From: Eledone cirrhosa
Taxonomy: Eukaryota
NCBI GenBank assembly: GCA_964016885.1
Contig: OZ024744.1
Span: 65,720,001-65,784,000, forward strand
Reading direction: 5' to 3'
Length of the DNA: 64,000 nt
Both the position numbers and the translations under genes were made by a program. This document shows positions 23,769 through 36,854 of the stretch, piece by piece. Numbering within the stretch: position 1 is the first letter of the stretch; each line of letters begins with the position of its first letter. The notes under the pieces were generated by a model. It was not told the DNA's origin and made no database searches. It was given only the letters and a program-made list of their open reading frames with translations.

Positions 23769-25871
23769 TATAGCGAGCATTCTGGGTTGTATGAATGTAA
23801 CAAAACGAGACATTGTTTGTGTATATAATATTTAATTAACGGTAGATAGAATACTTGACATGTCAAAGATAGATGTTAGAATGAAACAAAGTTAGTAGTT
23901 ACCGTTTTGATTGCCAGGCAAACGCGGCTGGCAGAGGGCGCCTGGCTAAGGCCAGGCGCCTGTTGGCCAAATTAATGGCAGAGCCAAATGAGAAGACTCT
24001 TGACCTGGTGCCGAAAAGGCAAAGAGAGAAAGGAAGCTTAAAGTTGTTAGTTTTATAGGGCTCTGACCGGAAGTTGCAGAAAGGGTTCCACTTCCCGTCT
24101 AGATCCTAATCAAAACAAGGGAGACAACCGCTACATAACCTCCCGCCAGAATTTTAGTGTATAAAAATCGAAATGAAAATATGTAGCAAGTTGGCGAGAA
24201 TGTTGTAACAGGCATGAAAATTACGACAAAAGAATGTTTGGAAAAATCAATGATAGATATCAAGGTAGCCAACCGCTCTTGGCCAGAGAACGACTGGACA
24301 TCCATCTATCCATCACCCAAAGATACAATGTAATAAAGTAAAAGTAATAGAAGAGCTCAAAGTTCAAAATATAGTTCACAGGTGTGCAATCACATGACAG
24401 CAGGAAAGAAAGTGTGTTCCAGAGAATGAATGCAGGTGGTTTCTGTTCTGTGGTATATCGTGAAATTTCCAACCTCCGAATGGATTTTCTCACAGGAAGA
24501 GTGCTGCAAAAATAAATTCTCTGGCTTTGGTGAAGCTGTGTTGATGTATTGCTGTTGCTGTTATATTGCTGTTGCTGCTGCTGTTGTCTCGCTGAGTGAG
24601 CGTATTCGGTGTTTAAATTCACAGTAAAAAAATTTTTTTTTTAGAAAAAAATGAGTTGCGCAAAGTGCTAGAAATAGCAGCCGAAGTTGATGGTCGATGT
24701 TGAGAATGCGTTGACCTGGAAGGGTCAAGAGGCCAGCGACCAGAGAAATAAGCATTCTTAATAAATGCGCGGTTATCAACGGTAAATTTACATTGTAAAT
24801 TTATAAACCGGCAAATAGAAGAATATAGCTTAAGGCTGAAGAATCCCTGGTGATAAATGGCGTGCGGCTGTCTGTGAGTAGAGACATCTCAGTGAATCGA
24901 GAATTTATGCTGCCTACACGTGCCAATACAAGGTTGAAAAAAAAATATTTCTAACGCGCGAGAAAATGATAGTGCAATTTTGAAAGTGACAATGATAAAA
25001 AAGAAAGGCTTCAATCAGCATAATTATAGGTGTGAACTTTTGGAAAAAAAAAAAAAAAACTTGAACGATGAAGAAAACGAAGAACAAAAGGCAATGGTTC
25101 ATCGAAAATAAATGTTCCTGTTGAAATGTTTTTTAAAGAATATCAAATTTCTCTTTTTTTTTTTTGTGTTTTGAAAGAGTTCGTTGTAAGAAACGAGAAA
25201 CATATATATATATCGTGAAATGTTTTTTTTGTTTTGAAAGTGTTCGTTGTAAGAAACGAGAAACATATATATATATATTGGTGAAATGCGACAGTTAATT
25301 GATGCGTGAGAGAAAAAGTATGTCTGTGCGAATTCCACATGTGCGTGTGTGCGTGTCCTTGAGTATTTTCATAGTTTGTCGCTAAATTTGCTGTGTATTC
25401 GTAATGTTACTCACAAAACCAGATGTGCTATTTTTTTCTTTTTTTGGGGGTGACCCTTATAGCGATGAACGGCTGCGTGTTCGTATCACGTCAGGGTTAC
25501 CAATATAGCGAGGATACTGGGTTGCATGAATGTAACAAAACGAGACAATGTTTGTGTATATAATATTTAATTAACGGTAGATAGAATACTTGACATGTCA
25601 AAGATAGATGTTAGAATGAAACAAAGTTAGTAGTTACCGTTTTGATTGCCAGGCAAACGCGGCTGGCAGAGGGCGCCTGGCTAAGGCCAGGCGCCTGTTG
25701 GCCAAATTAATGGCAGAGCCAAATGAGAAGACTCTTCGACCTGGTGCCGAAAAGGCAAAGAGAGAAAGGAAGCTTAAAGTTGTTAGTTTTATAGGGCTCT
25801 GACCGGAAGTTGCAGAAAGGGTTCCACTTCCCGTCTAGATCCTAATCAAAACAAGGGAGACAACCGCTACA
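23769..25871 (-). mobile_element. Non-autonomous LTR retrotransposon (TRIM/LARD-like)
   Basis: LTRs at 23769-24135 and 25504-25871 differ at about 5 positions. 4-bp TSD CTCT, PBS TGGTAACCCTGACGTG, PPT GGCGGGAGG, and a 1.37-kb interior with no gag/pol motifs. Confidence 0.9.
25452..25502 (+). other. tRNA-Trp-like sequence lacking the anticodon arm (antisense to the extended PBS of the LTR element)
   Basis: GACCCTT...TAGCG...AACGG CT GCGTG TTCGTAT CACGT CAGGGTT A CCA gives an acceptor stem, a T arm and an encoded CCA. Confidence 0.65.
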
Positions 25872-25899
25872 CTCTCAAGTAACAGTTCCCCCTCTAGTT

Positions 25900-27060
25900 A
25901 AAAGCTGATAGAGAAGCGAAAATTCTCATCCAGAGAGATTATAAGAAGATTGTATTAGCTCTCTGCCTCCACAGTTTTTGGAGGAAACAGCTAGGGGGAC
26001 TATAATCTATTGGTACATTGCCAGAATGCTTGCAACAAAAATTAGTGTTTGTCTTAGGTAATATGATCAGGAGCACACAGGCCTTTGCAATTCCTGGCAG
26101 ATCTATTCATAACAACCTCCTCTTTATGCAATACACTGTAGAATTGGTGGATCTTATGGAAGTAACACATTCTATAGGTCAAAGGATTCATCAGCCTCCA
26201 ACTCCCTTTGCACAGAGACTATGAATGATGATGTGTTGGCATACACTGAGACATAGTTTCTTTGACAGTGAGCAGATTTAATTATCACTTATCAGGTATA
26301 TCTTCCCACAGCTCACCACTTTGATGAAACTGCAGTCTTTTGTCAAGCAAAGACCCAAGATTGGGTGTCTGGCATCTGGAGTGTAAGGCGCTCACAGTTG
26401 GGTGAAGAGGGTGGGGATTGGGGTGTGAGTTGTCAATCCTTGCATCCTATGGAACAGTGGTAATAGGCAAGAGCAACACCATATTCAGGGAGACTCTAGA
26501 CTTTATTGGAGATCAATTGAATAGTCTGTTCCAAAGGACTTTCAGCTTGGGGGTTATAGATAACTTCTCAAAATACCTGGCGTAACAATGCTACTAAGGG
26601 GGTATTGCTGATTCAAGATAAACTCTACAGACGATTGTGTAAAAATTGAAGTTTGCTGACTTGTGGAACTATATTGAATAATTATCAACCAATCCATCAT
26701 ACAGATTTTACTTTTTTTAGTTGAGAAGGGCAAGTAGTTTTCCTCTGTCTTAGTGGCCATGGTAAAAGAGATTGTATGGTGGACAAGATTAAAATGACTG
26801 GAGATAGATACTTTCCTTTTCAGCCAAGCTTTCATCAACTTCAGGAAATTTACTGAAAAGTGCACCAGGGTGACAATAATACCTTGTGTGAATGGGCCTA
26901 CTCTAGTATGCAACTGTAGACCAAAGAACTCAATGGGAAGAGGACACTTGTTCTTGATAGTCAAGATATTCTATGATTGGCCTTTTAAAAAAATCTTATT
27001 TCATTCTTTTTGTATAATGCTGTTTTCCTTGTCCATTTTCTTCTTTTTTTTTTCGTAATT
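25900..27060 (+). mobile_element. Degenerate Tx1/L1 fragments
   Basis: TQAFAIPGRSIHNNL RT remnant and AMVKEIVWWTRLK matching the 53939 copy. Similar pieces at 20960-21520 and 63830-64000. Confidence 0.6.
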
Positions 27061-28449
27061 GTTTCTATATAAAACCCCCCATCCATCAGATTTCTAATTT
27101 GTCCTTTAAATGTCTCTTCATTCATTGCATTATGATAGTATAGTAATGTTGGCTAGGGTAGTGTGTTAGAAAAACCGTTAGACCAGTATTTGTTGTGGCT
27201 CTTGACATTCTGAGTTCAAATCTTACTGAGGTCAACTTTGTCTCTTCTCCTTTCGGTAGGTGGGTGTCATTAAAATAAATTACCAACTTTCCTCTTCCTC
27301 CAAATTATTGTTGACCTTGTGCCATTATTGTTGTTGATTTGTTTATTTCCATAAAACTATGTTAACCCTTTGATGAACTGTTTATCTATTTGTGGTATGA
27401 TAACAATTGTAATATACTGAAAATGTGACAAAACTGAAATCATACTAATCAGGTGATAATTCCCTGCATACCTTTAATGTGTAGATCTTCAAAACATAAT
27501 TCTAGATGTCCATTTGTTTGTAAAAGACTTAATAATTTCTTTTTTAGCCCTTTCTAAAGCAAAATTAATATATTGCCTGAATTTCATCTAATCTTGAATA
27601 CTTTTCTTCTAAATTCTATTGCTGGAGATTATTAATTAGTATGTCTAGATTATGAGCACCTGTGATTTCAACACTCACAATTCTTCTTATCTCTTACATA
27701 CATCCTATACTGGTACTACTGGTGCAGAAACTGAATGTTTTGTAATCCTTAACTTTTGATAACAATTAGTTTCATTTCCTATTACATATACATCTGTCTA
27801 ACATACAGACACTTTGAACATACATCTCTTTCTCACACCTAAACATAGCTTTTATAAGAGTTTTTCTGCCTCCACGTACCTGTCATGTCAACCAACACCT
27901 ACAATATCTTAAGCACCACATTCATGTCAACCGGCTGGTCAGAGCTTTACCAGTTCTATAGTAATAATCCATGAAAGCTAGTGTATTATACCACCGTCCC
28001 AGTACAGACAGCTAGGTGAATGATTGCAAATATCCTCTTAGACATGTTCCTCCACATCACAAACACAATCAAAATTCAGTTTAAGCAAAGAACACAACCT
28101 TCAATGTTTGATAATAATAATTTAAAAAAAAAAATCAATCATGTTCCCCTCCTCCCTCCTCCCTACAAACTGGATATGTTTTACCTACCACTGCAATTCT
28201 TGTAAGGTCCATTATCCAAAACATGAACGCTACTTCTCTGCATTTCTATATACAAAATCTACCTTTGCAGCTGATCCTTTTGGTTTATTGCCAGATGTTT
28301 ACCAACTTTACAAAATCCTTCTTCCAGCCAATCAGGGCCTGATTAAGTCCTTTTGAGGCCTTAAGCACTTGAAGGATTATGTTACTCTCCTCTCCCTTCA
28401 TAAACAAAGTCTGCATTTTGGGGGTGGGGTGTGCCAATTACAAATATAT

Positions 28450-28656
28450 TCAACTCTTTAGCATTTAAACCGGCTGTATCTGGTCAGAATTTTCTCACCT
28501 CATTTTGTTCAAACCAGCCATAACTGGCCACTCATACTGATATTTGTTCTCAAAATAAATAACATCAAAATCTCATAGATTTGATATGTGAGGTAAAGCA
28601 TTTGTGACGAAAATACAATAGTAAATATAGAGTAATGTAAATGCTAAAAGGTTTAA
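28450..28656 (-). mobile_element. piggyBac-type MITE (degenerate ends)
   Basis: Reverse copy of the 2644 family. Confidence 0.8.
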
Positions 28657-28659
28657 TTC

Positions 28660-29095
28660 CTTCAGACTTAATAGAATAGACATAACCCCTTCCTACAGAC
28701 TAAATACCATTAACATAACCCCCTACCTACATGCTAAGCACAATAGGCAGTCCCTTCCTACAGACTAAACAGAATAGACATAACACCATAAGCATAACCT
28801 CTTCCTACAGACTGAAGACAACAGAAATAGCCCCTTCCTGCAGATTAAACACAATAGCCCCTTCTTACAGACTAAACACCATAGACATATCCCATTCCTA
28901 CTGACTAAACACCATAGACATAGCCCCTTCTTTCAGACTAAACACCATATATGTAAGCCCTTCCTTCAGACTAAACACGATAAACATAAACCCCTCCTAC
29001 AGACTAAACACCATAAACATAAACCCCCTCCTACAGATTAAACACCATAGACAGATTAAACACCGTAGACATTAAACCCTTATAGACTAAACACG
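28660..29095. repeat. ~33-bp minisatellite
   Basis: About 12 copies of acagactaaacaccatagacatagccccttcct. Confidence 0.85.
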
Positions 29096-29914
29096 AGATT
29101 AAACCAATAAGAAAGAGATTCAAATGTGATACACAATTCTTATAATTGTCTGAAGTTATATTTCTATTAAACTAATTATATTTTGAAGAAAGTTTTGAAA
29201 CCTATAATTTTATGTTGACATAACTTGAAGAATTTCCTGGAATCACCTGTTTTTGTTAAATGATGAATATAGGGGTTTTCTTCTAATTAAATCCTATTAG
29301 TGCCATGATAAAACACATCTAGCCCATTTTTTGAAATGGCAATGTTAGTGCAACAATAAAAAACACCCATGCCATTCTTTAAAGTTGTAGTTCTGGTGCT
29401 ACAATGAAAAGTACCCAATCCATGCTGCAAGGTGAGGATGCCCCAATAAAATGTTTCTAATAGACATTGTAAAGTGGTTGGCATTGAGAAGGGCATACAG
29501 TTGTAGAAACGAAGCCAAAAATGAAAGACATGAACAAGACATAATCACCTGACTTATCTAACCTCACTATCTGACAGCCCATGAAAGCATGGAAGATTGA
29601 TGTAAAATGTTGGCAATGGTGATGGTGATCAAGCCTAATCAGAGAAAGTGGTGAAGTGCTAGTTAGGATGGGCTTACGGTTTTGAGGGGTGGCGTAGGGG
29701 GCTCCTTGCTTAAAGTTCTAGTTCTCTTAATCTGTTTTGTTACTTGTAAGCACATGTATATATTCATAAGGCATACATGAATCATATGTACTAAAATATC
29801 TAATGAAAAGTTTGAATCGGGACTATGGGTTGGGGTAAGGCAAGGAGTGTTCTAGATCTGGCCTTGGCCATTTCCCCGTTTTGCATGAGCCTGAACATGT
29901 GTATCAGATTTAAA

Positions 29915-30663
29915 AATAGGTTTGATGCCAATTGCTGCATGGCTGGGATGAAAATCAGTGCTGCGAAAACTGAGACACTAGTCCTCTCAAGGAAGCCTGT
30001 GTAGTGCACTCTACATGTGAATGGAGTTTCACTGAAGCAAGTGGAGAAGTTCAAGTATCTCAGACCCGTGTTCATGGGTGGTGGAAGGCAGAAGGCTGAA
30101 TTAAGTGCAAGAATTGTAGGAGCTGGTGCAGTAATGCACCAACTTCAACATTCGGTAATCAGAAGAAGGGAGGTAGGTGTAAGAGCTAAAATTGCTATCT
30201 TCAATTCAGTATTCATGCTAACCCTTGTCTATGGCCATGGATCTTGGATAATGACTGAAAGAGTACGATTGCGAATACAAGCGGCTAAAATGTAGTTACT
30301 CTGAAAGGTCTTTGGAGTAACATTACTTGATACAGTGACTTACTTGGAGATCAGAGAGTCACTCCAGGTAGAGCTGCTACTTCTTTGAATTGAGAAATCA
30401 CAGCTCCGATACTATGGGCATGTGGTTAGAATGTCTCAGGAAAGAATCGCTAGACAGATTTTACAGGCAAAACCAACTGGCAGGAGACCCAGGAGTAGAC
30501 TCTGAGCAAAATAGTTGGATAACATCCATGAGATTGGCTGGTAACACTTAGGGATCCAGCCGGATCATTTGGAGACAGTTGCTTCTGACAGGACCCGCTG
30601 GAAGGAGTGTTTGAGGACTCTGTCCCCACAACCCTCCCAGAAATAAGTGGATGAAGAAGATGA
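29915..30663 (+). mobile_element. RTE LINE 3' fragment of a second family (no PHD insert)
   Basis: GMKISAAKTE...QVEKFKYL, YGH.SW and GRRPR motifs, GAA/GAT tail. A related fragment lies at 35935-36240. Confidence 0.85.
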
Positions 30664-33600
30664 TTTGAAAATTATATAGTTGTATGTAACAGCCTAAAGT
30701 TGTTGCTGTTGTTGTTTAGCTCCAATTCAACCCTGATTGAGCTGACTTATGAGCAAAGAAATTCCTGCCATGGCCATCCTATTCTGGTATTATGTATCTA
30801 ATATAACATTATTCAGTGCTGTATTGAATTAATTTAATATAGCTTTAGTTATGCTATATGCAAAATAACAATGAATGTTGATTTGTTGGAAATGTCAATA
30901 ATTGCACGATAAACATTTAGAAAAAGTAAAAAGTAACAATCTACACCTAAAGTCCAGGTCTTGTTATTTGCCTAATCAGAAGTGTCTTCACTGCTCACTA
31001 TTTTAATAACTGGTCTGCAGTAAAATCCCTTCCATCAAGAGTTCAGCTTTATGAGCTCATGGCAATGCTCTACATAGCTCCTCTTCAGAACTGTTGATTA
31101 TTATTGGAACCAATAAGATGTTTTTACTACCTGACCCATGCAGGTAGTTACTTGGCTTTGGTGACTGCTCATCATCAGGGGTGGCATGACTTGCCTAGGA
31201 TGGCCTGTTTGGTGGTTGATCTGCATGAATGAGGCTGTCAGTATCAAGATGTGCTGGTTTCAATCTATTGATAGAGAGTGTCCTCCAATCAGGAGTTGAA
31301 ATGACTTGTCTCCTGGATGAATCACTTTGTATAGTCCATCATATGGTGGCTGAAGGGGGTTTTGTCATATATCATGATGAATGTAAACAAACTTAACCTT
31401 ATGGAGGCCTTTTGGTACTGAGCCCCTAGGTGTTCCATGTGTTGACATAGGAATAGAGCACAACTGGCCCACATTGTCTCTCAGTTGTTCAAGATACCTG
31501 GGTCTGATTTCATCTTTGGAATGATTTTCCATGGTACAGTAAGTAGAGCGCAGGAAAAGTGTTAAGGTCTTCTTTTGGGCCTATGCAGATTCCCAGCATT
31601 ACCCATGGAAGCTGGTTGATCCAGTTGGGTCCATTAAGTCTGGTTATGAGGGATTCCTTCAATCGGCAGTGAAATCTCTCCATTAGCCATTGGCCTGGGG
31701 GTGATAGGCTGTTGTATGTTTCATATTGATGCCAAGAAGTTCACACATCATTCCCCAGCTTTAAAGTGAATTGAGGTCTGTGGTCAAATGAGATGCTGTC
31801 TGGGACACTGAAACAAACGACCCAGTTCATAATGATGGTGTAGGTGTAATTACCTGTATTTCCACGTTGCAAAGTGGCATGACTTCAGGCCAATGATTGA
31901 AGTGGTCCACTATGGTCAGTAGGTATGAGCAACCAGGTAAAGGTGTTACGGGGTCAACAAGGTTAATGTTGACATGGCCAAAATCAGTCTGTGGGGTTCA
32001 TAGCTGCTGAGAGGTGCCTTGGTATGCTGATGGATTTTGGCTTGTTGGCAGTAGATAGAGGTTCTGGCCCACTCCCCAAATTACTTGAGAATGCCATGCC
32101 AGACAAATTTGCATGACATCAGGCTCTGATACCCGAGTGGGAGAGTCAATGAATGATATCAAATACTTTTTGGTGCCAGGTTAATGGGATGATTAGTTGT
32201 GGTTTCTTGTCGGATATATTGCAAAGGAAGGTTGTTCCATTGGAGCTACAATGTATATCCTGTAAAGGGAAGGGAAGTGATAGTGATGCAGTAGGCCCTG
32301 ATGTCATCATCTGTTTGTTGAACTATAGCCATAGCCTCATAGTCAACACCTGTTATTCAGGCTATGTCAGAGCTAATAGGGGCTCTAGGAAGTGCATTAG
32401 CAACTGGGTTTCTTTTTCCAGATATGTGCTGAATGTCCATAGTGCACTCAGAAATGGCTGATAACTTTCGCTGTTGATGTGCAGACCATGGCTCTGATAT
32501 CTTGCTCATAGCAAAGGTGAGTGGGTTATGGTCTGTGAATATGGTGAATGTTCAACCTTCCAAGAAATGGTGAAAGTGTTGGAAACCTAAATGAGCGACT
32601 AGCAGTTCCCTGTTTATTTCTGTTCAGGTGGTCGTAGTTGTCAACTGAAGAAAGCTGAAGGTTGCCACTAATCACTGATGTAGTGTTCCAAAATACTTCC
32701 AACAACTGTATCTGGGACATCCACTGTGAGTGCAGTTGATGCCAACATACGAGGATGGAAAAGCTTCTTTTGTGACTTCGAAGACTGAGGTCATTGCACT
32801 GTCTCACTCTACCTGTTTTTAAAAACTTTTTTCTGATAGAGGTTCAACAGTGTCATCAATCTTGCCACTAAGGGGAGGAAACAGTGATAACAGTTTATTA
32901 TACCTACAAATTGGTGCTGTGCCTCGCTTGTGACAAGGGTACAAAAAATAAGATGGTCTTCATTTTTTCTGGTAGGTGTAGCACCAGTACTTGTGATTCG
33001 ATGTCCGAGAAAGATGATTTCTTTAACTCCAAATACACACTTGCTGGGATGACGCTGACTTTTGCTCCTGTATCAATGAGGAATCTTCATCCAGAGATCC
33101 AATCAAGGACATACAGGAGCAGTTGATTGTGTTTGCTGGCCACCAGGATGTTTAGTATTGGCTGACCCTGGGGATTTCCTGGAGCCAATGATGAAGAGCT
33201 CTTGAAGCTGCATGGCTGTTTACACCTGGTAGCTTTTATTCCAAACTTCTTGTGATAAAAACATAAATCTTCCAGTGTAAACTCACCATGTCTTGAGGCC
33301 GACCTCGTGGCATTGATCATAACTTCCATGGATAGAAACTGTTTATCGATTGCTCTTGCTAATTCAATCTGAGTTAAGAGGTACTGGATGGAGGCGGGGG
33401 CAGTTTATGGAGGAATAAACTAAATAAGAAACCAAGTGACTCACCTGGGACACTAATGCCAGCATTCTGTCTATTAGTTCCGAAGGCTTGGAATCACTCA
33501 ATCTCTTGGTATCCAATATCTTGGCTACTGCTTCCCGATCACTAAGCTTCAATGATTCTATGAGTCTATTTTTCATCATTTCATATTTGTAAGTAGCTGC

Positions 33601-33851
33601 TGGTCTGATCAGGATGTCTATAACTCTTGTAGCTGTGTCTTCGTCCAGGGATTCTGTAACATGAATACTTTGTTAGATCCGAAGTTATATTCTTGATGGT
33701 GAACTGCACATTGGTTTATGTGAACCATACTTTGGCTCGCTTTGGCCAGAATCACAGGAGTTTAAGTGTGACAGTTTTCATTTGCCATGTTTTCTTTCTT
33801 CATGGTCACCATTTATAGCTTTAATTAAACTATATGCAAAATAACAATAAA

Positions 33852-34513
33852 CATCATCATCCTCGTTTAACGTCCATCTTCCACGCTAGCATGGGTTTGG
33901 ACGGGAATTTTCCCACTTGAGGCAAGATTGGTTGTCTTGCTCGTATAGGACTGTCTGGCGGGTTTTCTACGGCTGGATGCCCTTCCTAACACCAACCAAG
34001 TTTACAGTGTGGGGCTGGGAGGTTTTTACCATGTTACCTACACGGCCACATTACAGCGTGGACTGTGTGTTTTTTGTCGTGACACCTACACAACCTCATT
34101 TATTTAGGATTGGATGTTGTGGTACCAACATAACTTTACATCGAAAGGGGGTGGTGTGGATGGGGTGGGGGTAGTGGGACGGGGTTGTATTTTGTTAGAG
34201 GTGCCTACTGACTGTAGTAGGTTTTACTTTGTATTTAGGTAAGGCAGGTCTTCTCTATTACTGTGTAGCGTCAAAGATCTCGGTCCAGTGACATTGTCTT
34301 GGAGAGGTGTAAGTGTGTGAGGTCGGATTTTGTCAAGTCGTCCCAGGTTTTTCTGGGTCTGCCTACTCCATGGCTACCGTCTATTTTGATCGCCCTGCAC
34401 TTTTTTATACAGCTGTCGTCTTTCATGCATATCACGTGACCATACCAACGTAGTCTTCTCTTGAGTAAACATCTGATCCCTCTTATTCCTAATTTCTCAC
34501 TTAGTTCATTTAT
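33852..34513 (-). mobile_element. 5'-truncated copy of the 43885 RTE, inserted in the Gypsy 5' LTR
   Basis: Near-identical to 43885-44543. Confidence 0.9.
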
Positions 34514-34559
34514 TTGTTAAACTGTTACTTGACAAACATTTGCAATAAGTAAAAAGCAG

Positions 34560-34914
34560 GCTCCGTAAGCTGTAGTGGAGGCAACCCACCTAGGAGAGCT
34601 ACCACTCCGAATAAATTGGTGCTGGGTGGAGAAGCACCCGGTCCATGCTATAAAATGGAGGTAATGGTAGTAGCATTAAGCTATTAAAAACCATACCAAA
34701 CTATGGGGTGGAGAGGGCCCCTGAGTCCAGTAAGACAACCTCTCTAGTGCTGGTGGCACGAATAAAAGCACCCAGTCCATGCTGTAAAGTGATGCTGGCG
34801 TTAGGAAGAGCATCCAAACAGTATATTAATGCCAAAAAATGATGAGCATCATCATCATCTTCATCCCACCCTTGCAAGCAGGGAAAAGAGGACGTAAAAT
34901 GACGATGATGATGA
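34560..34914 (+). mobile_element. Short non-autonomous RTE-derived retroposon
   Basis: Begins with ggcaacccacctaggaga (RTE 5'UTR-like) and ends with the same 3' tail as the SINE at 4736 plus (GAT)n. It interrupts LTR homology. Confidence 0.6.
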
Positions 34915-36489
34915 GGGATCTACCCCTAAAGTCGAGGTCTTCTCACGCGTCTCACAGGAAGAATCTTCACTGCCGACCAGTTCAATAACCAGTTTGCAGT
35001 AAAGTCCCTTCCATCAACAGTTCAATTTACGAGCTCACAGATGTTAGAGCTTGATTTAAGAGAAATTTAACTGCTATTTCTAGCAGGCCTATTAACCATA
35101 CATATTCCTTAGTCATAACACACTAAAATATAACACACACTAACAGATGTTTTGTCCCAGGTCAGCCCTAATCCAGCAGAATTATGATCCTAAATGTTCC
35201 AGCTTTGACTACCTTGTCTTATAATTCAGTCATGCTGGATTTTAATAATGAAATTGTAGTGCACTTGAGCACTACAACTCATCAATATTATCCAATGTAT
35301 CTTTTCAGTATTAATATACCAGGCTGGAAATTGAGTAAGATTTTGCTGATATTCTTTGCAAGGTATCACATACCTTCGATCTACTTAGAAGGTATTTTTT
35401 ACGGGAACATCTATCTGAAATCGTAATTTCTACATTTGCTGAAATAATAGTCACAGCTTTACAGTAGGTCGTTTGATGTTCTGAATTTAAGTTTCGCTCT
35501 GAGTAGATAAAATAAATGCCAGTAAATATTGGTGTCAATTCAATCCACTATTATCTTTTCATTGTGGTAGTTTGTGCTAATGTTCAGAATTATTCTATTC
35601 ACAATTATTTTACAAATTAAAAGTTATAAATTGGGTTGCTGTGCCCTATTTATTGTAAATTGCAAATATCCTGGTGTTTTTACTAAAGTCATTTAAACTA
35701 TTATTGTTTTCGGGGAGAGGGGAATTTGTTTTATAAGAAAGTGAACAATTTCAAAGTAGTAAACATATTATAAATTTAACATAGGCTAAACTTAAATAAA
35801 AGACTGATCTAATGGGTTTTGGGTTTTTTTTATTTCATTATTTCATTTTAAATATCGAATAAAATATAATTTTTATTTTTGTACACATATATGAAATGCC
35901 CTTATATAAAATGTATTTTCATTTTTATATGCAAGTTGTCCAGCAATCTGGTGCAATAATGTGCCAGCTTCAGAATTCGATAAGCAGAAGGGAGGTCGGT
36001 GTAAAAGCCAAACTTGCTTACTTCAATTTGGTATTTGTGCCAACACTTACCTATGGTCACGAATTTTGGGTAATGACCAAAAGAATATGATCGCGAATAC
36101 AATTGGCTGGAATGGGGTTCCTCTGAAGGGTCTCTGTAGTAATGTTACTTGATAAAGTGTGTATATTGGAGATCAGAGTGTCACTCCAGGTAGAGCCGCT
36201 ACTTCATTGAATTGAGAGATCTCAACTCCGATATAATAGACATAGTAATTATAATATTTGGATTGATGCAAGGTTACAGGTCATGCAGAAGACAGCATGT
36301 CTTGGTACAGCGAGGATTGTAAGGAAAGTCTTGTCTATATAAGGCACAGTGAGGGATCATTATCAACTTGTTGAATACTCTCTAACTGAAATATCCAGTT
36401 CTAAGTGTCTAAGATTTACAAAAAGGAACCATAATGATAATGAAAATATATAATAAGAAAAAGAAATTTATGGTTTTAAATGTTTCTAC

Positions 36490-36630
36490 GTTTGGTACAA
36501 GGCCAGCAATTAACCAGTGCATTACTGGTACTTTATTTTATCTTCCCCGTAAGGATGAAAGGCAAAGTTAACCTCGGCGGGATTTGAACTCAGAATAGCA
36601 AGGGCCGTAACTCTATGCGTCAAAGCATTT
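36490..36630 (-). mobile_element. SINE family A (partial)
   Basis: Reverse complement of the family body. Another partial copy lies at 42395-42497. Confidence 0.8.
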
Positions 36631-36854
36631 ATGGTTAAAAATAATGGTTAGGATAAAGAAAATTGTGATGCTGATAACCAGTGTCAATGTGCAAATATGG
36701 AGATTCTTTTAATCTTCATTTTTTTCTGTCTCCCTCCCAAGGAGCATTTACTAATTTTGACATTGATAATTTATATGAACGGATTTACTTAATTTACCAA
36801 ATCATCATTTAATAAAATGTCATGGAATATGAATTTTAGGTTACACTAACCTAT

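Larger units (their letters stand above)
30838..35039 (-). mobile_element. Old Gypsy LTR retrotransposon with RT largely deleted and its 5' LTR split by two retroposons
   Basis: 3' LTR at 30838-31074, homologous 5' LTR pieces over 33814-35039, PBS TGGTGACC. Gag VTLKL*FWP..WF...TKY..., CFYHKKFG..A.RC..PC, protease FLIDTGA, RNase H FTIFTDHNPL, integrase remnants about 31200-32200. Confidence 0.85.

Noticed and set aside
24260-24779. Poly-Q ORF and neighbour inside the non-coding LTR element
   Set aside because: No recognisable domain, and the Q run comes from a CAG/CAA microsatellite.
25452-25502. Functional tRNA gene
   Set aside because: It has no anticodon arm and overlaps the PBS. Reported as a tRNA-like element instead.
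27500-28430. Possible Penelope GIY-YIG remnant (also about 1590-2010 and 3980-4560)
   Set aside because: Too decayed to support by eye. It needs a tBLASTn or HMM search.
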